Source of the DNA: Bdellovibrionales bacterium
GTDB lineage: Bacteria; Bdellovibrionota; Bdellovibrionia; Bdellovibrionales; UBA1609
NCBI GenBank assembly: GCA_965199935.1
Contig: CBDATD010000001.1
Location: forward strand, 800,531 to 864,530
DNA length: 64,000 bases
Direction of reading: 5' to 3'
Positions within the stretch are counted from its first letter, which is position 1; every line of letters starts with the position of its first letter. A program made the translations under genes and the position numbers. This document shows positions 9,437-20,165 of this stretch, piece after piece. The notes below the pieces were generated by a model. It saw nothing but the letters and a program-made list of their open reading frames with translations. It had not been told where the DNA came from and searched no databases.

Positions 9437-11585
9437 TTAAGCGGACTGAGACGCTTTTGTGTCAAACTCCAAAGCGAGGTCGTTTTTTTTGACCAGCACT
9501 TTGGAGCCTTCAGTAATTTCACCGCTGATGATTTTTCGAGAAAGAGGGTTGAGCAGTTCTGACTGAAGAGCGCGTTTCAAAGGCCTGGCTCCAAAGACGG
9601 GGTCATATCCTCTTTTGATGAGATGGCCCGTGACTTCGGGTTGAATTTCCAGAGTAATATTTTTTTCAGTGAGGCGGGACTTGATTTGCTTTAATTGAAT
9701 TTGTATAATTTGATTCAATTCTTTTTTCTCCAAAGGATTGAAAAACACAAAATCATCAATACGATTTAAAAATTCCGGGCGAAAATTTTGATTCAACTGG
9801 CGCATGACTTTCTCTTTATGTTCTTGAGCAGAGCCGTTCAGTAAATCAGAGGATCCTATGTTGGATGTCATGATGAAAATGCAGTTTTTAAAATCCACAG
9901 TACGCCCCTGCCCGTCCGTCAGCCTGCCGTCATCAAAAACTTGCAATAAGATATTAAACACATCTCTGTGGGCTTTTTCAATTTCATCTAACAAAACAAC
10001 GCTGTAAGGATGTCTGCGGACGTATTCGGTTAATTGACCTCCATCTTCATAGCCTATGTATCCGGGAGGAGCTCCAATCATTCTCTCAGCTTGATGTTTT
10101 TCCGCATACTCGCTCATATCAAGCCGGATCATCTTTTTCTCGCTTTCAAAGAGAAAGCGCGCCAAGCTTTTTGCCGTCTCTGTTTTTCCTACACCCGTAG
10201 GGCCTAAAAACATAAAGACGCCAATGGGCTTGTCAGGATCGGAGACGCCGGAGCGCGACCTGCGGACAGCATCTGAAATTTTATTTAAAGGCCTGGTCCT
10301 GGCCGACAACTTGTTTTCTCATTTCTTCTTCCATGTTTAGTAATTTTTGAGCTTGTTCTTGTATCATTTTTTGAACGGGAATGCCGGTCCACTTGGAAAC
10401 CACTTCAGCAATTTCATTAACCCCTACTTCTTCTCTTAACAAAGACTGTTGATTATTTTTGGAGGTTTGTTTTTCCAATTCAGCCAGCCTCCGGGTTTTT
10501 TGAGGAAGATGAAGGTATTTTAATTCTGCGGCTTGATCAAGTTTCCCTTCCCTTTGAGTTCGGTCTATCTGCACTTTTAAGTTTTCAATTTCTATTTTTA
10601 AATTTTTTAAAGAAGCGCGCTGTGATTTTTCTTTTTCCCATAATTGAGTGAGTTCTTTGTCTTTCAGTTGAAGTGTTTGCATTTCCTTTCCCGCCTCTTG
10701 CAGTCTTTTTTTAAAAGTGCTGTCTTTTTCCTTTTCTAAGGCTTTCTTTTCTACTTTTAACTGAAGGATTTTTCTTCTTATCTCATCCACTTCTATGGGA
10801 ACGCTGTTGACTTCCAAGCTCAGCCGGCTGGCGGCCTCGTCCATGAGATCAATAGCTTTATCAGGAAGATACCTATCTGTAATATATCTATGAGAGAGTT
10901 TGACTGCCTGAACTAAAGCAGAGTCTTTAATGCGGACTCCATGATGGACTTCATATTTTTCTTTAAGCCCTCTTAAAATAGTGAGGGCGTCCTCTATGCC
11001 GGGTTCTTCGACCAAAACAGTTTGAAAACGCCTCTCCAAGGCTTGATCTTTTTCTATGAATTTTCTGTATTCTTCCATAGTAGTGGCTCCAATAGAACGC
11101 ATATCTCCACGGGCTAAGGCAGGCTTTAACATTTGTCCGGCATCCATAGCTCCATCAATCTTACCGGCGCCCACTAAAGTATGAATCTCATCAATAAATA
11201 AAATAATTTGACCCTGACTGGATTCAATAGCTCGCACGAGGGTTTTCAATCTTTCTTCAAACTGTCCGCGGTAGGCAGAGCCTGCGACCATGCCGGCCAA
11301 ATCCAGCGAAAGAAGAGTTTTGCCTAAAAGGGTTTCGGGAACGTCTTTGTTGATTATGCGGACGGCTAGGCCCTCTGCGATAGCTGTTTTACCTACTCCG
11401 GGTTCTCCAATAAGGACAGGATTGTTTTTTTTTCGCCGGGATAAGACTTGTATAACCCTGCGAATCTCTTGATCTCTGCCTATAACGGGGTCTAGTTTTC
11501 CCTTTTCAGCCAGTTCAGTGAGATTCTGGGTGAACTGCTTCAGCACTTCCTGATCTGTATTTTGTGTCTTTGCTTGAGATGTCAT
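9437..11585 (-). CDS. clpB: ClpB chaperone lacking the N-terminal domain, split by a frameshift at ~10287-10289
   Basis: AAA-1 GEPGVGKT, coiled-coil M domain, AAA-2 [15 protein letters not shown]; removing one base from the T3 run joins GQDQA to [12 protein letters not shown]. Confidence 0.9.
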
Positions 11586-11738
11586 TTCAAAGCCCCGTTT
11601 TTTTAACCTTATAAGAAAGGTGAGTAGGTTTTTTCTGTTGTCAAGAGGGGCTTTTTTTTCGTGAAAAGGGATGTTTTCAATCTTGACAGTTGAGACCAGC
11701 CTTCAGGAAAATGGAGTAGAGAAAAAAGGGAGGTTCCT

Positions 11739-12290
11739 ATGACCGCCAAAAAAAAATCTGTAAAAAAACCGGCAAAAAAGAAAACGGCAAAGAAACCGGC
11801 AAAAAAGAAATCCGTTAGGAAGAAGGCAGTGAATAAGTCAGTGAAGAAGAAATCCTCTAATAAAAAGAAGACAGTGAAGAAAGCGGTGAAGAAGAAATCC
11901 TCTGAGAAGAAGTCAGTAAAGAAGAAATCCTCCAAGAAGACAGCCAAGAAAGCAGTCAAAGAACCAGTAAAGAGAAAAACCGGCAAACAAGCTCGTAAAA
12001 AACAAAACATTGAACAATTTCAAAGCAGCGGGGGCCAGCGAGCAGCAGCTCCTTCTGTGGAGAAAGTGGATCTTTCTGAAGAAAACTTGACACTGTCGGA
12101 CCCTTTTGGCGAAGGACTCTCCGAAGAAGAGCCTTTGTTTGAAACTCACGAGAATTTTGATGAGAATGAGGAGAGTTCTATCAGCTACGAAGACGATCCT
12201 TTTGACTCTTTAGAGGCTGAAGAGGATTCTTTATTTGATGATCCTGAGAATAGTAAATCTCATAAAGATGATGACTCTGAATTTTTTTAA
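11739..12290 (+). CDS. Histone H1-like Lys-rich protein with acidic C-terminal half
   Basis: KKSVKKPAKKK-type repeats followed by Asp/Glu-rich tail; GGAGG RBS. Confidence 0.7.
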   Translation: MTAKKKSVKKPAKKKTAKKPAKKKSVRKKAVNKSVKKKSSNKKKTVKKAVKKKSSEKKSVKKKSSKKTAKKAVKEPVKRKTGKQARKKQNIEQFQSSGGQRAAAPSVEKVDLSEENLTLSDPFGEGLSEEEPLFETHENFDENEESSISYEDDPFDSLEAEEDSLFDDPENSKSHKDDDSEFF

Positions 12291-13731
12291 GAAATGCAGT
12301 TTAGCTGTTTTCTTTCTTATTTTTCCCTTGTTTGTTGAATCTTATTCACCCAACTGGTCTAATGATTTTTCTTATTTACAGAAAAACTACAGTCAAATAC
12401 GCACTTTTGAAAATTATTTATTTCCATCTGAATTAGAGAACCGCCGTGAATACACTCATACAACGCATTTAAAAACGCATTCCACCCTTATCTTAAAGGA
12501 CGGGAAAATTATTTATGAAAAATATGCTAAGGGGTATCACAAGAACCGCCCTCAAAGGTTATGGTCTGTCAGCAAAGCAGTGACTAATTTACTGATAGCT
12601 GTTGCAGTGAGAGAAAATAAAATTTCTGTAAAAGACAATGTGTGCGCCTATTTTAAGGGCTATGAGATTAATTTTGACTGCAAACAAATGACTATTGAAA
12701 ATTTATTAGGCTGGTCCAGCGGTATTCATTGGAGAGAGGCCGGCGATCAGCCTTTAACATCCTCTGTTTTTAATATGCTTTATAATAAGAGGGGGTATGA
12801 GGATGCCGTGTCGTTCATTTTGAGCCACCCTTTGATAAGGAAGCCAGGAGCCAGCTGGCATTATTCCAGTGCAGACACAAATTTATTGATGGCTGTTTTG
12901 GCGCAGGTTTATAAACCTTCAGAGTATGTGATTCTGCCGTGGATTAAGCTTTTTAATGAGTTGGGGATTCAAAGTGCTGTGTGGGAGACTGACGGCAAGG
13001 GAGTTTTTCACGGCTGCTGCTCTTTGTATATGACCACTAGAGATTTGGCCCGCATTGGAGAGTTTATGTTGAAGAAGGGGCGGTGGCTGGGAAAAGAATT
13101 TTTTCCTAAGGGTTGGATAAGCAAATATGTTCAGGCTGTTGCTCCTGCTTTTTTGAAAGAGCCTGTGGCCATTCGAGAACAAATTGTACCTAGTTTTCAA
13201 TGGTGGGTGAACAAGCCTTCCCGCCACCAACAAGTTGTAAAGCCGAGAGCTTTACAGTCAGCTCCGGAAGATTTGTATCTTGCCATAGGCTACTCCGGAC
13301 AGCTTTTATTTATTATTCCCTCTATGAATATGGTGATTGTGAGGACAGGTTCTTTTGATGCAGACGTATATTTAGATACCAATGCACTAGTGGGTTTGGC
13401 TTTAGGAATCGTGACAGGGAGACAATATGCTCATCCCATACGACAAACTTTTGTTCCGTTTTCTATTGGTCAAGAGTATGATCCTCCCCGGCAGTACAAA
13501 TTTAATTTAAGAGTGATGAACAGCTTTATGGCGAAAGAAATGTGTTCTTGTATGTTTGTGGAGAGAAGAAGTGAAGCCAGCTGTTTGGAGCAGCTGCGTC
13601 CTCTTAAAAACAGATGGCAGAACATCTCTGTTTCTGCGTCTGAATCTGGAAAAAATGTTAAAGTGTCCTCTTTTGGAATTTTTGCAGGTCATTCTTATTA
13701 TTCCGGCCGCTACGGCTGTTATCTGCGTTAA
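12268..13731 (+). CDS. Serine hydrolase, beta-lactamase class C-like, secreted
   Basis: SVSK (SxxK), WHYSS, RDLARIG, GYSGQ; start uncertain. Confidence 0.85.
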   Translation: MMTLNFFKKCSLAVFFLIFPLFVESYSPNWSNDFSYLQKNYSQIRTFENYLFPSELENRREYTHTTHLKTHSTLILKDGKIIYEKYAKGYHKNRPQRLWSVSKAVTNLLIAVAVRENKISVKDNVCAYFKGYEINFDCKQMTIENLLGWSSGIHWREAGDQPLTSSVFNMLYNKRGYEDAVSFILSHPLIRKPGASWHYSSADTNLLMAVLAQVYKPSEYVILPWIKLFNELGIQSAVWETDGKGVFHGCCSLYMTTRDLARIGEFMLKKGRWLGKEFFPKGWISKYVQAVAPAFLKEPVAIREQIVPSFQWWVNKPSRHQQVVKPRALQSAPEDLYLAIGYSGQLLFIIPSMNMVIVRTGSFDADVYLDTNALVGLALGIVTGRQYAHPIRQTFVPFSIGQEYDPPRQYKFNLRVMNSFMAKEMCSCMFVERRSEASCLEQLRPLKNRWQNISVSASESGKNVKVSSFGIFAGHSYYSGRYGCYLR

Positions 13732-13792
13732 TTCTATGACGTGTGCTTTCCTTTCTTGTGTACTGCATCTCTCAAATCATTTTTGAAAAATC

Positions 13793-16700
13793 TTAAACAG
13801 CAGTATTGTAAATGTTGGATTTGGTCATTTCATCAGCAGTGTGTTCAGCTTGCTTTAAGACATTATCTACAGCCAGCTGTTCCATATCCGGCGGGTAGTT
13901 GTATTTCTTTAAGATGCTTTTGACCATAATTCTCATTTTAGCTTTGACATTTTCTCTAATTTGCCAATCTATGGACGCGTTTTTCCTTACTGTATTTGTT
14001 AAAGCGATAGCTAGTTCTCTCAGTTGCTCTTTTTCCATAAGTTCACGGGCACTCTTATTGTCAGCCACAGCCGTGTAGAAAGCGTATTCTTCATCAGATA
14101 ATTTCATTTTTTGAGGTTTTTCAGTTTCTGACTGAATATTTTTTGCAATTTTAATTAACTCTTCAATGACTTCTGCGGCTGTAATAATTTTGTTATGGTA
14201 CTTGTTTATAGCCCCTTTCAGTCCTTCCATGAGGGTTTTTCCCTGCATGATGTTCTTCTTTGTTTTTCCTTTAATTTCATCATTTAAAAGTTTGGTGAGC
14301 GTTTCTATGGCAACGTTTTTATGTTTCATATTCTTGATTTCCAATAAGAACTCGTCAGACAGAATGGAAATATCCGGTGTTTTAATTCCTGCTGCTGAAA
14401 ATACATCTATCACTTTATGGGATACCAAAGCTTTGTCGATAACTTGGCGAATGACCGTTTCGATTTCCAGATCAGTTTTCCCTTCTCCTGTGCTGGTGAA
14501 TTTTACAAGTCTTGCTTTGACAGCTTGAAAAAAAGCAACTTCATCTTTAATACTTATAGCCTGCTCATGAGGTACAGAGAGAGCAAAAGCTTTTGATAAA
14601 GCAGTCACCTCATCAATAAATCTTTTTCTTCCTTTTTCTAAACTTAAAATATGTTCTTCGGCTTGAAGAATGAGAGAAAGTTTTTTGGCAGTATCTGCTG
14701 TAAAATATTGTTTGTGGTCAAAACTATGAAACATTTGAGAAATTACTTCTAGTTTTTCGAGCATTAAAGAAACAGCCTTTTCCTGAGGCAATGCTGGTTC
14801 TCCTTTTCCTCCATTTTTGGAGTAGAAGGAAAGAGCTCTTTTTAAATTCGAGGCAATTCCTAAATAATCAACCACCAACCCTCCGGGTTTATCTTTATAA
14901 ACACGATTGACACGGGCAATAGCCTGCATGAGATTGTGGCCTTGCATAGGCTTGTCAATATAAAGTGTGTGCAGGCAGGGAACATCAAATCCAGTCAGCC
15001 ACATATCTACAACGATAACTAACTTAAGAGAATTTGCTGGATTTTTAATTCTATTAGCCAGGAACCGACGTTGCTCTTTATTGGTGTAGTGTTTGGAAAA
15101 CTCCGGCCCATCGCTGGAAGAAGATGTCATAACTACTTTTATTTTTCCTTTATTTAAGTCCTCGTCATGCCACTGAGGGCGAAGTTCAGTGATTTCACTA
15201 TAGAGATTCACAGCTATTCTGCGGGACATACAGACAATCATGCCTTTTCCCGCAAACACTTCTTCTCTTTTTTCAAAGTGATCTATAATATCTTTAGTGA
15301 TATGTTTGATTCTTTTTTTACTTCCTATAATAGACTCAAGTTGTGTAAATTTTGATTTGCTTTTTTGAGTGTCAGAAAGATCATTTTTAAGTTCTTGATC
15401 TAAATCTTTAATAAGTTTTTCCCCTTCTTTGCTGAGTTCCACTTTAGCAAGACGGCTTTCATAAGAGATGGGTACCGTGGCCTTATCTTCTACAGCTTGA
15501 GCAATATCGTAAATATCTACATAGCTTCCAAAGACTGCTGGTGTATTTCTATCTGTTCCTTCTACAGGAGTACCGGTAAATCCAAGATAGGCGGCATGAG
15601 GCAACGCGTCTCTCATGTATTTAGCAAACCCATAAACTGTCCTTTGTCCGATAATTTCCCCTTTACTGTCTTTGTCTTCGACTATTTTTGCTTTGAAGCC
15701 ATATTGGCTTCGATGGGCTTCATCGGCAATCACAACAATATTTTTACGATTGGATAATTGTTCGTAGACGTTGCCTTCTTCAGGGTGAAATTTTTGTATA
15801 GTGGTGAAGACAATTCCTCCGGATTTAACTTTCAATAGCTCCTTCAAATGCTCCCGGTTTTTTGCCTGCACAGGCTCTTGTCTTAAAAGAGTTTTTGAGG
15901 CAGTAAAAGTATCAAACAATTGGTTATCTAGGTCGTTTCTATCTGTGATGATCACAATTGTCGGGTTGTTTAGTTTTTGCACAATTTTTCCAACAGTGAA
16001 GACCATGGTGAGAGATTTTCCTGAACCTTGAGTGTGCCAGATAACACCGCCTTTGCGGCTGCCGGATTCAGAGCTGGCTTGAATAACAGACTGCAATGCT
16101 TTGTTAGCGGCGTAGTATTGATGATAGGCGGATAATTTTTTGATGATTTCAGTATTTGTTATACCTTTGTGTTCTTTTTTTATTTTTTCGAAAACGATAA
16201 AGTGCCGGATAAGATCTAGCAATGTAGCTTTATTTAGCATCCCTTTGATTAAAGTTTCTAGTTGGTTAATATTTTTCTTAGCTTCGTTTGTCCCGTCTAT
16301 GGTTTTCCAAGCCATATATCGGTCTATACCAGCAGATGAAGAGCCGACTTTAGCCGTCAAGCCATCTGAAATAATTGAAATACTGTTGTAAGTAAAAAGT
16401 GAAGGGATGTATTTTTTATAAGTTTGCAATTGCTTGTAGGCGGATTGAAGAGTGGCCTTTTCATCTCTTGGATTTTTAAGTTCGATAACTACTAGAGGAA
16501 GGCCATTGATGAATAAAATAATATCAGGGCGGTAGTTTCTTCGATTTTCGACGATAGTAAATTGATTGACAACGTGATATTCATTATTTTCTGGGTTTTG
16601 AAAATCAATCAAGCGGATGTAGTCGCCCCGTCTCTCGGAATTTTGTTGCACTGTAACACTTACTCCTTCTATCATCATTCGATGAAAATTTAAGTTTCCG

Positions 16701-16972
16701 AGTTGTTCTGAATGGATACGTTGTACTTCAAGAAATGCATCTTCCTTAACGGAGACGGGAGCGTTTGGATTGAGGCGTGTTATAGCAGATTGAAGTATAT
16801 TGTCGAGCAGTACATCTTCATAGCTGTTGCGGAGAGGTTGAGAGGAGTCTGGGGAGATATTTGAGCCGTGAAGATGCTTAAACCCTTGTTTTTCAAGCAG
16901 GTTAATAGCCAGCTGTTCAATATCATCTTCTGTAATTTTTTTCATGATTTTCTTATCGTCAGTATTCCCCAA
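13793..16972 (-). CDS. hsdR: Type I restriction endonuclease subunit R
   Basis: RPDIILFINGLPLVVIELK, HTQGSGKS, DEAHRSQY, FTGTP, LMQAIARVNR; true start may be the ATG near 16945. Confidence 0.96.
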   Translation of the reverse strand: MGNTDDKKIMKKITEDDIEQLAINLLEKQGFKHLHGSNISPDSSQPLRNSYEDVLLDNILQSAITRLNPNAPVSVKEDAFLEVQRIHSEQLGNLNFHRMMIEGVSVTVQQNSERRGDYIRLIDFQNPENNEYHVVNQFTIVENRRNYRPDIILFINGLPLVVIELKNPRDEKATLQSAYKQLQTYKKYIPSLFTYNSISIISDGLTAKVGSSSAGIDRYMAWKTIDGTNEAKKNINQLETLIKGMLNKATLLDLIRHFIVFEKIKKEHKGITNTEIIKKLSAYHQYYAANKALQSVIQASSESGSRKGGVIWHTQGSGKSLTMVFTVGKIVQKLNNPTIVIITDRNDLDNQLFDTFTASKTLLRQEPVQAKNREHLKELLKVKSGGIVFTTIQKFHPEEGNVYEQLSNRKNIVVIADEAHRSQYGFKAKIVEDKDSKGEIIGQRTVYGFAKYMRDALPHAAYLGFTGTPVEGTDRNTPAVFGSYVDIYDIAQAVEDKATVPISYESRLAKVELSKEGEKLIKDLDQELKNDLSDTQKSKSKFTQLESIIGSKKRIKHITKDIIDHFEKREEVFAGKGMIVCMSRRIAVNLYSEITELRPQWHDEDLNKGKIKVVMTSSSSDGPEFSKHYTNKEQRRFLANRIKNPANSLKLVIVVDMWLTGFDVPCLHTLYIDKPMQGHNLMQAIARVNRVYKDKPGGLVVDYLGIASNLKRALSFYSKNGGKGEPALPQEKAVSLMLEKLEVISQMFHSFDHKQYFTADTAKKLSLILQAEEHILSLEKGRKRFIDEVTALSKAFALSVPHEQAISIKDEVAFFQAVKARLVKFTSTGEGKTDLEIETVIRQVIDKALVSHKVIDVFSAAGIKTPDISILSDEFLLEIKNMKHKNVAIETLTKLLNDEIKGKTKKNIMQGKTLMEGLKGAINKYHNKIITAAEVIEELIKIAKNIQSETEKPQKMKLSDEEYAFYTAVADNKSARELMEKEQLRELAIALTNTVRKNASIDWQIRENVKAKMRIMVKSILKKYNYPPDMEQLAVDNVLKQAEHTADEMTKSNIYNTAV

Positions 16973-17330
16973 ATGTATGAGGTATTTATACTGATAGGGG
17001 TGGAATTTTGAGATTAAAATGTGCTATAAGAATCAAAATTTGTATTGGATATATCCATAGAAGCCAATTAAGAATATTAACTTCCATTTTTTTTCTTCAT
17101 CTAGGAGGTAGCTTTTTTTGACAAAGAGCTGCATCAGGATTTACAAATTCTGAAATTTCTGCTCTTTTAGAAAAAGAGCAGTCAGCTCTTCGATGTCATC
17201 ATAAAATGACAAAATATTGTTTTTCTAACTGTTGAGATAACAGCTAGTGTCTTATACGTCACGTGCATCTATAGAGTGGCGTGCCGAACTCAACAGATTT
17301 TTTTCGAGAGGTCTTGTTCAGTTTATCTTG

Positions 17331-18353
17331 TTAAATTAGATTATTTACCAGGCTGTTAATGGCTTCTCTGTATCTTCTCAATGGCATAGGATTTACTTGT
17401 GGTTCTATTTCGTGAACTTTGTGAGGGCCAGCCTTTAATTTACTAATAGGTAATCCTTGATGTGAACAAACAATAGCTGGTGAATGAGCATCAGGAATGT
17501 CGTAATATTCAAAATGGCTATAAAAATGCTCATTTTTAGATTTTTTAAAAGCATTCACTCTATTTTTAATTTCTTCAAACATAGCTCCAAAAGCTTTACT
17601 GGCTTTTTGATCATACTGAGTGGAACGATTGAGCAACACAGAATGTATCACAGGTAAGCTCATGCCGAATTTATCAGTTTTATTCGAAAAGCTAGTAGAT
17701 TCTAACTCCCCCGGTAAATTATGCCCATATACAAGAGAGGCTAAATTATCGATGGCTCTAGCAGAGGATCCGTCACTGGAGCAAGGTACAATAATTTGAT
17801 TGGATGTTAATAATGACAATTCTGTATAGGCAGAAAAGCTTGGATTACAATCTATAAAAGTCGTTGTATTTCCATATTTCTTTTCGCCTGCTATAACTAA
17901 ATCTAAAAGCCAAGAGTGTACATTTTTCCATGCAACTTCAGGGAGAGTTTGGCTACTAATTTGATTCATAACCTGAGCTTGAATTTCCAGCTGGGGATCT
18001 CCCGCTATGAGATATAAATTTTTAGGTATTTCTTTATTTGTTTTATTAACTTCCAGAAAGAAATCCACTTCTTGGCCTGTTTTTTCATGGGGACTTTTAA
18101 TCCTTAAATTTATGTATGCTCCAACTGTTTTCTTTTGTTTTATAAATGTTTCCAATGATTTCGATCCTTTGTTGTTGCCTCCAAGAAAAATCTCAGAAAG
18201 ATTAGCTTGAGGACACATATCTACAACGATAACTGTTTTATCTTGATGCTTTAGGGCATACTCTGCTGATAACATAAAGGAAAGGAAAGTTTTCCCAACT
18301 CCTCCCTTGTTATTCCAAATAGCATATCGCATCGTTTCGCCCATGTGGGGCAT
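17331..18353 (-). CDS. Orphan ParA/Soj-family ATPase
   Basis: Deviant Walker A NNKGGVGKT, VDMCPQANLS, FIDCNPS. Confidence 0.88.
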   Translation of the reverse strand: MPHMGETMRYAIWNNKGGVGKTFLSFMLSAEYALKHQDKTVIVVDMCPQANLSEIFLGGNNKGSKSLETFIKQKKTVGAYINLRIKSPHEKTGQEVDFFLEVNKTNKEIPKNLYLIAGDPQLEIQAQVMNQISSQTLPEVAWKNVHSWLLDLVIAGEKKYGNTTTFIDCNPSFSAYTELSLLTSNQIIVPCSSDGSSARAIDNLASLVYGHNLPGELESTSFSNKTDKFGMSLPVIHSVLLNRSTQYDQKASKAFGAMFEEIKNRVNAFKKSKNEHFYSHFEYYDIPDAHSPAIVCSHQGLPISKLKAGPHKVHEIEPQVNPMPLRRYREAINSLVNNLI

Positions 18354-18426
18354 CGTACACGATTAGGGTATAAAATGCAAGCTATTTTTTGTTCGTTTTA
18401 TACAACTTGATCAAAGGTTTTACTCT

Positions 18427-19461
18427 TCATATTTTTGGCAGTTTATGTGTATATTTTTGGTCTTTTTCTTGATGTAATTTGTTGTCAGTATTTCCTTTTT
18501 TAGTGGGCAATGGTTCTGGTGTTGCTCCATTTTTATTCATAGTATCTTTGGTTACTTTTTGTTCATTATTGAACAAATTGATCCAGTTTTCTTTATATTC
18601 AGCAAGACAAAAAGATACCAGTATGAACAGTACAGATAATACCATAAACCCCAATTGGGTGTAGAAAGTCCACTTTGCAGCTTTGGTTTGTTCTTGTGCT
18701 GCTTGAACTTTACTTTGATTCACAATGTTTCCCGAATATTGGATTTTTCTACTCTTCAGATGGTCAAACCATGAATTTATAGATTTTATTCCACTTTCAC
18801 ACAGTGAGGCAATTTCATCTATTGTTGTGTCAAATTGCAGTAGTCCAATTCTTTCTGCTGGATGATTTTTGGGGAATCGCTTTATTTCCTCATTAGTTTT
18901 GGAGTTTATCATCACCAAAGTGGTCATTGGCATAATATGACTAAATATCTTCTTTTTAAATTGTATGATATGAGACATAAAAGATTGTACTCTGATCATG
19001 TATTCAGATATTTTTTCCATACTGCTCTCTTGATTGTGTATTGACCCTAAATCTTTCAAGAGTTTTCTATACTGTTCAAGGTGGTTAGAGATGCCACCCA
19101 GTAGTGATTTTTTCATTTTATCAACTTCGTTTTTAATAGCATTGTCCATTTTCTTCATATCAGCAGGATTTCTACTGGGGAATTTTGTTTGATTATACAC
19201 TCTCAGCATCTCTATAAGATCTTTTTTAAAATCTTGAGCATCATCAGTGTTTTCATCTTGTAATTTTAGATGTCTTTCTTTCATCTCCTCAAACAACAGG
19301 GATATAGTTTCTATTTGATTTACAATTTGAGGTATAAGAATCTCCTCTTCAATAAAACTAGGTTTCATTTGATGATTTTTCACTTTCTCAATGCAATTTG
19401 TATTATTTCTATCATTTTTTCCTGAAAACATATAATTCCTATAGAGAACTACAAAATACAA
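18427..19461 (-). CDS. Hypothetical helical protein with one C-proximal transmembrane segment
   Basis: 344-aa ORF, helical and charge-rich, TM FYTQLGFMVLSVLFILVSFCLA; start uncertain. Confidence 0.6.
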   Translation of the reverse strand: MYFVVLYRNYMFSGKNDRNNTNCIEKVKNHQMKPSFIEEEILIPQIVNQIETISLLFEEMKERHLKLQDENTDDAQDFKKDLIEMLRVYNQTKFPSRNPADMKKMDNAIKNEVDKMKKSLLGGISNHLEQYRKLLKDLGSIHNQESSMEKISEYMIRVQSFMSHIIQFKKKIFSHIMPMTTLVMINSKTNEEIKRFPKNHPAERIGLLQFDTTIDEIASLCESGIKSINSWFDHLKSRKIQYSGNIVNQSKVQAAQEQTKAAKWTFYTQLGFMVLSVLFILVSFCLAEYKENWINLFNNEQKVTKDTMNKNGATPEPLPTKKGNTDNKLHQEKDQKYTHKLPKI

Positions 19462-19619
19462 CCTTTACAGAAGTAAGGTGGGTTGGATTGGTGTTTATGT
19501 CAAGGTACTGAGATAAAAAATCTGTAATAATGCTGTTTTGACCTTTTGTAATAACTTGATTTGAGGATGGCAGATGGGGGTATATGAAAACCATAGACTG
19601 ATAGGGAGGAAACAAAGGT

Positions 19620-20165
19620 TGTTTTGATTGTTTTATAGAAATACCCAGTAATATACCTTCGAGAGTGCTGCCACATAGAAAAATTGTTGCTAATGGTGAT
19701 TTTGCTCTTAAACATTTTTTGATTTCTTCTACTCTTTGCTCAAGGGTTCTTGTGATTACACTGTCTAAGTTTAGCTTATGAATGGAGATATCTTTGAATT
19801 CTTGCTTTAAAAAACTCGTTTTCTTTTTCTTGTAAGTCTGTTGATTGATAATTTTGACCTAATAATCTACAAATAATTTTTTGTGCTTTTAAGTTTAGTT
19901 CTAGATCCATTTCTCCTATGGAACTAGCATATTTAAGTGGAGCTTGAAGTACCTTACCAACAATATCATCTGGTTCTATTTCCCAGAAAGTCCTGAGTCT
20001 TTTCATCTTAGACTGTCCGTTAAAATGATATTTCTGTGCTTCAATATCTATTCTATGCTCTCTAAAAAATTCTGCAAATGTACGATTAGTAAAATCAAGG
20101 ACGTATCCTCCCCTATCAAATAATCTCTCAAAAATTGCTTTTTCATGCATCTCTAATGTAGACAT
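19620..20165 (-). pseudogene. AbiJ-N-terminal-like domain protein, frameshifted and 3'-truncated
   Basis: GGYVLDFTNRTFAEFF...SKMKRLRTFW; shifting frame at the homopolymer 19809-19814 continues EFLKQEFKDIS...SPLATIFLCGSTLEGILLG and then loses resemblance. Confidence 0.6.

Noticed and set aside
11609-12010. Phe-rich membrane protein on the minus strand
   Set aside because: Antisense shadow of the Lys-rich gene
17331-18353. Chromosome or plasmid partition locus
   Set aside because: No parB or replication gene adjacent; lies inside the RM island
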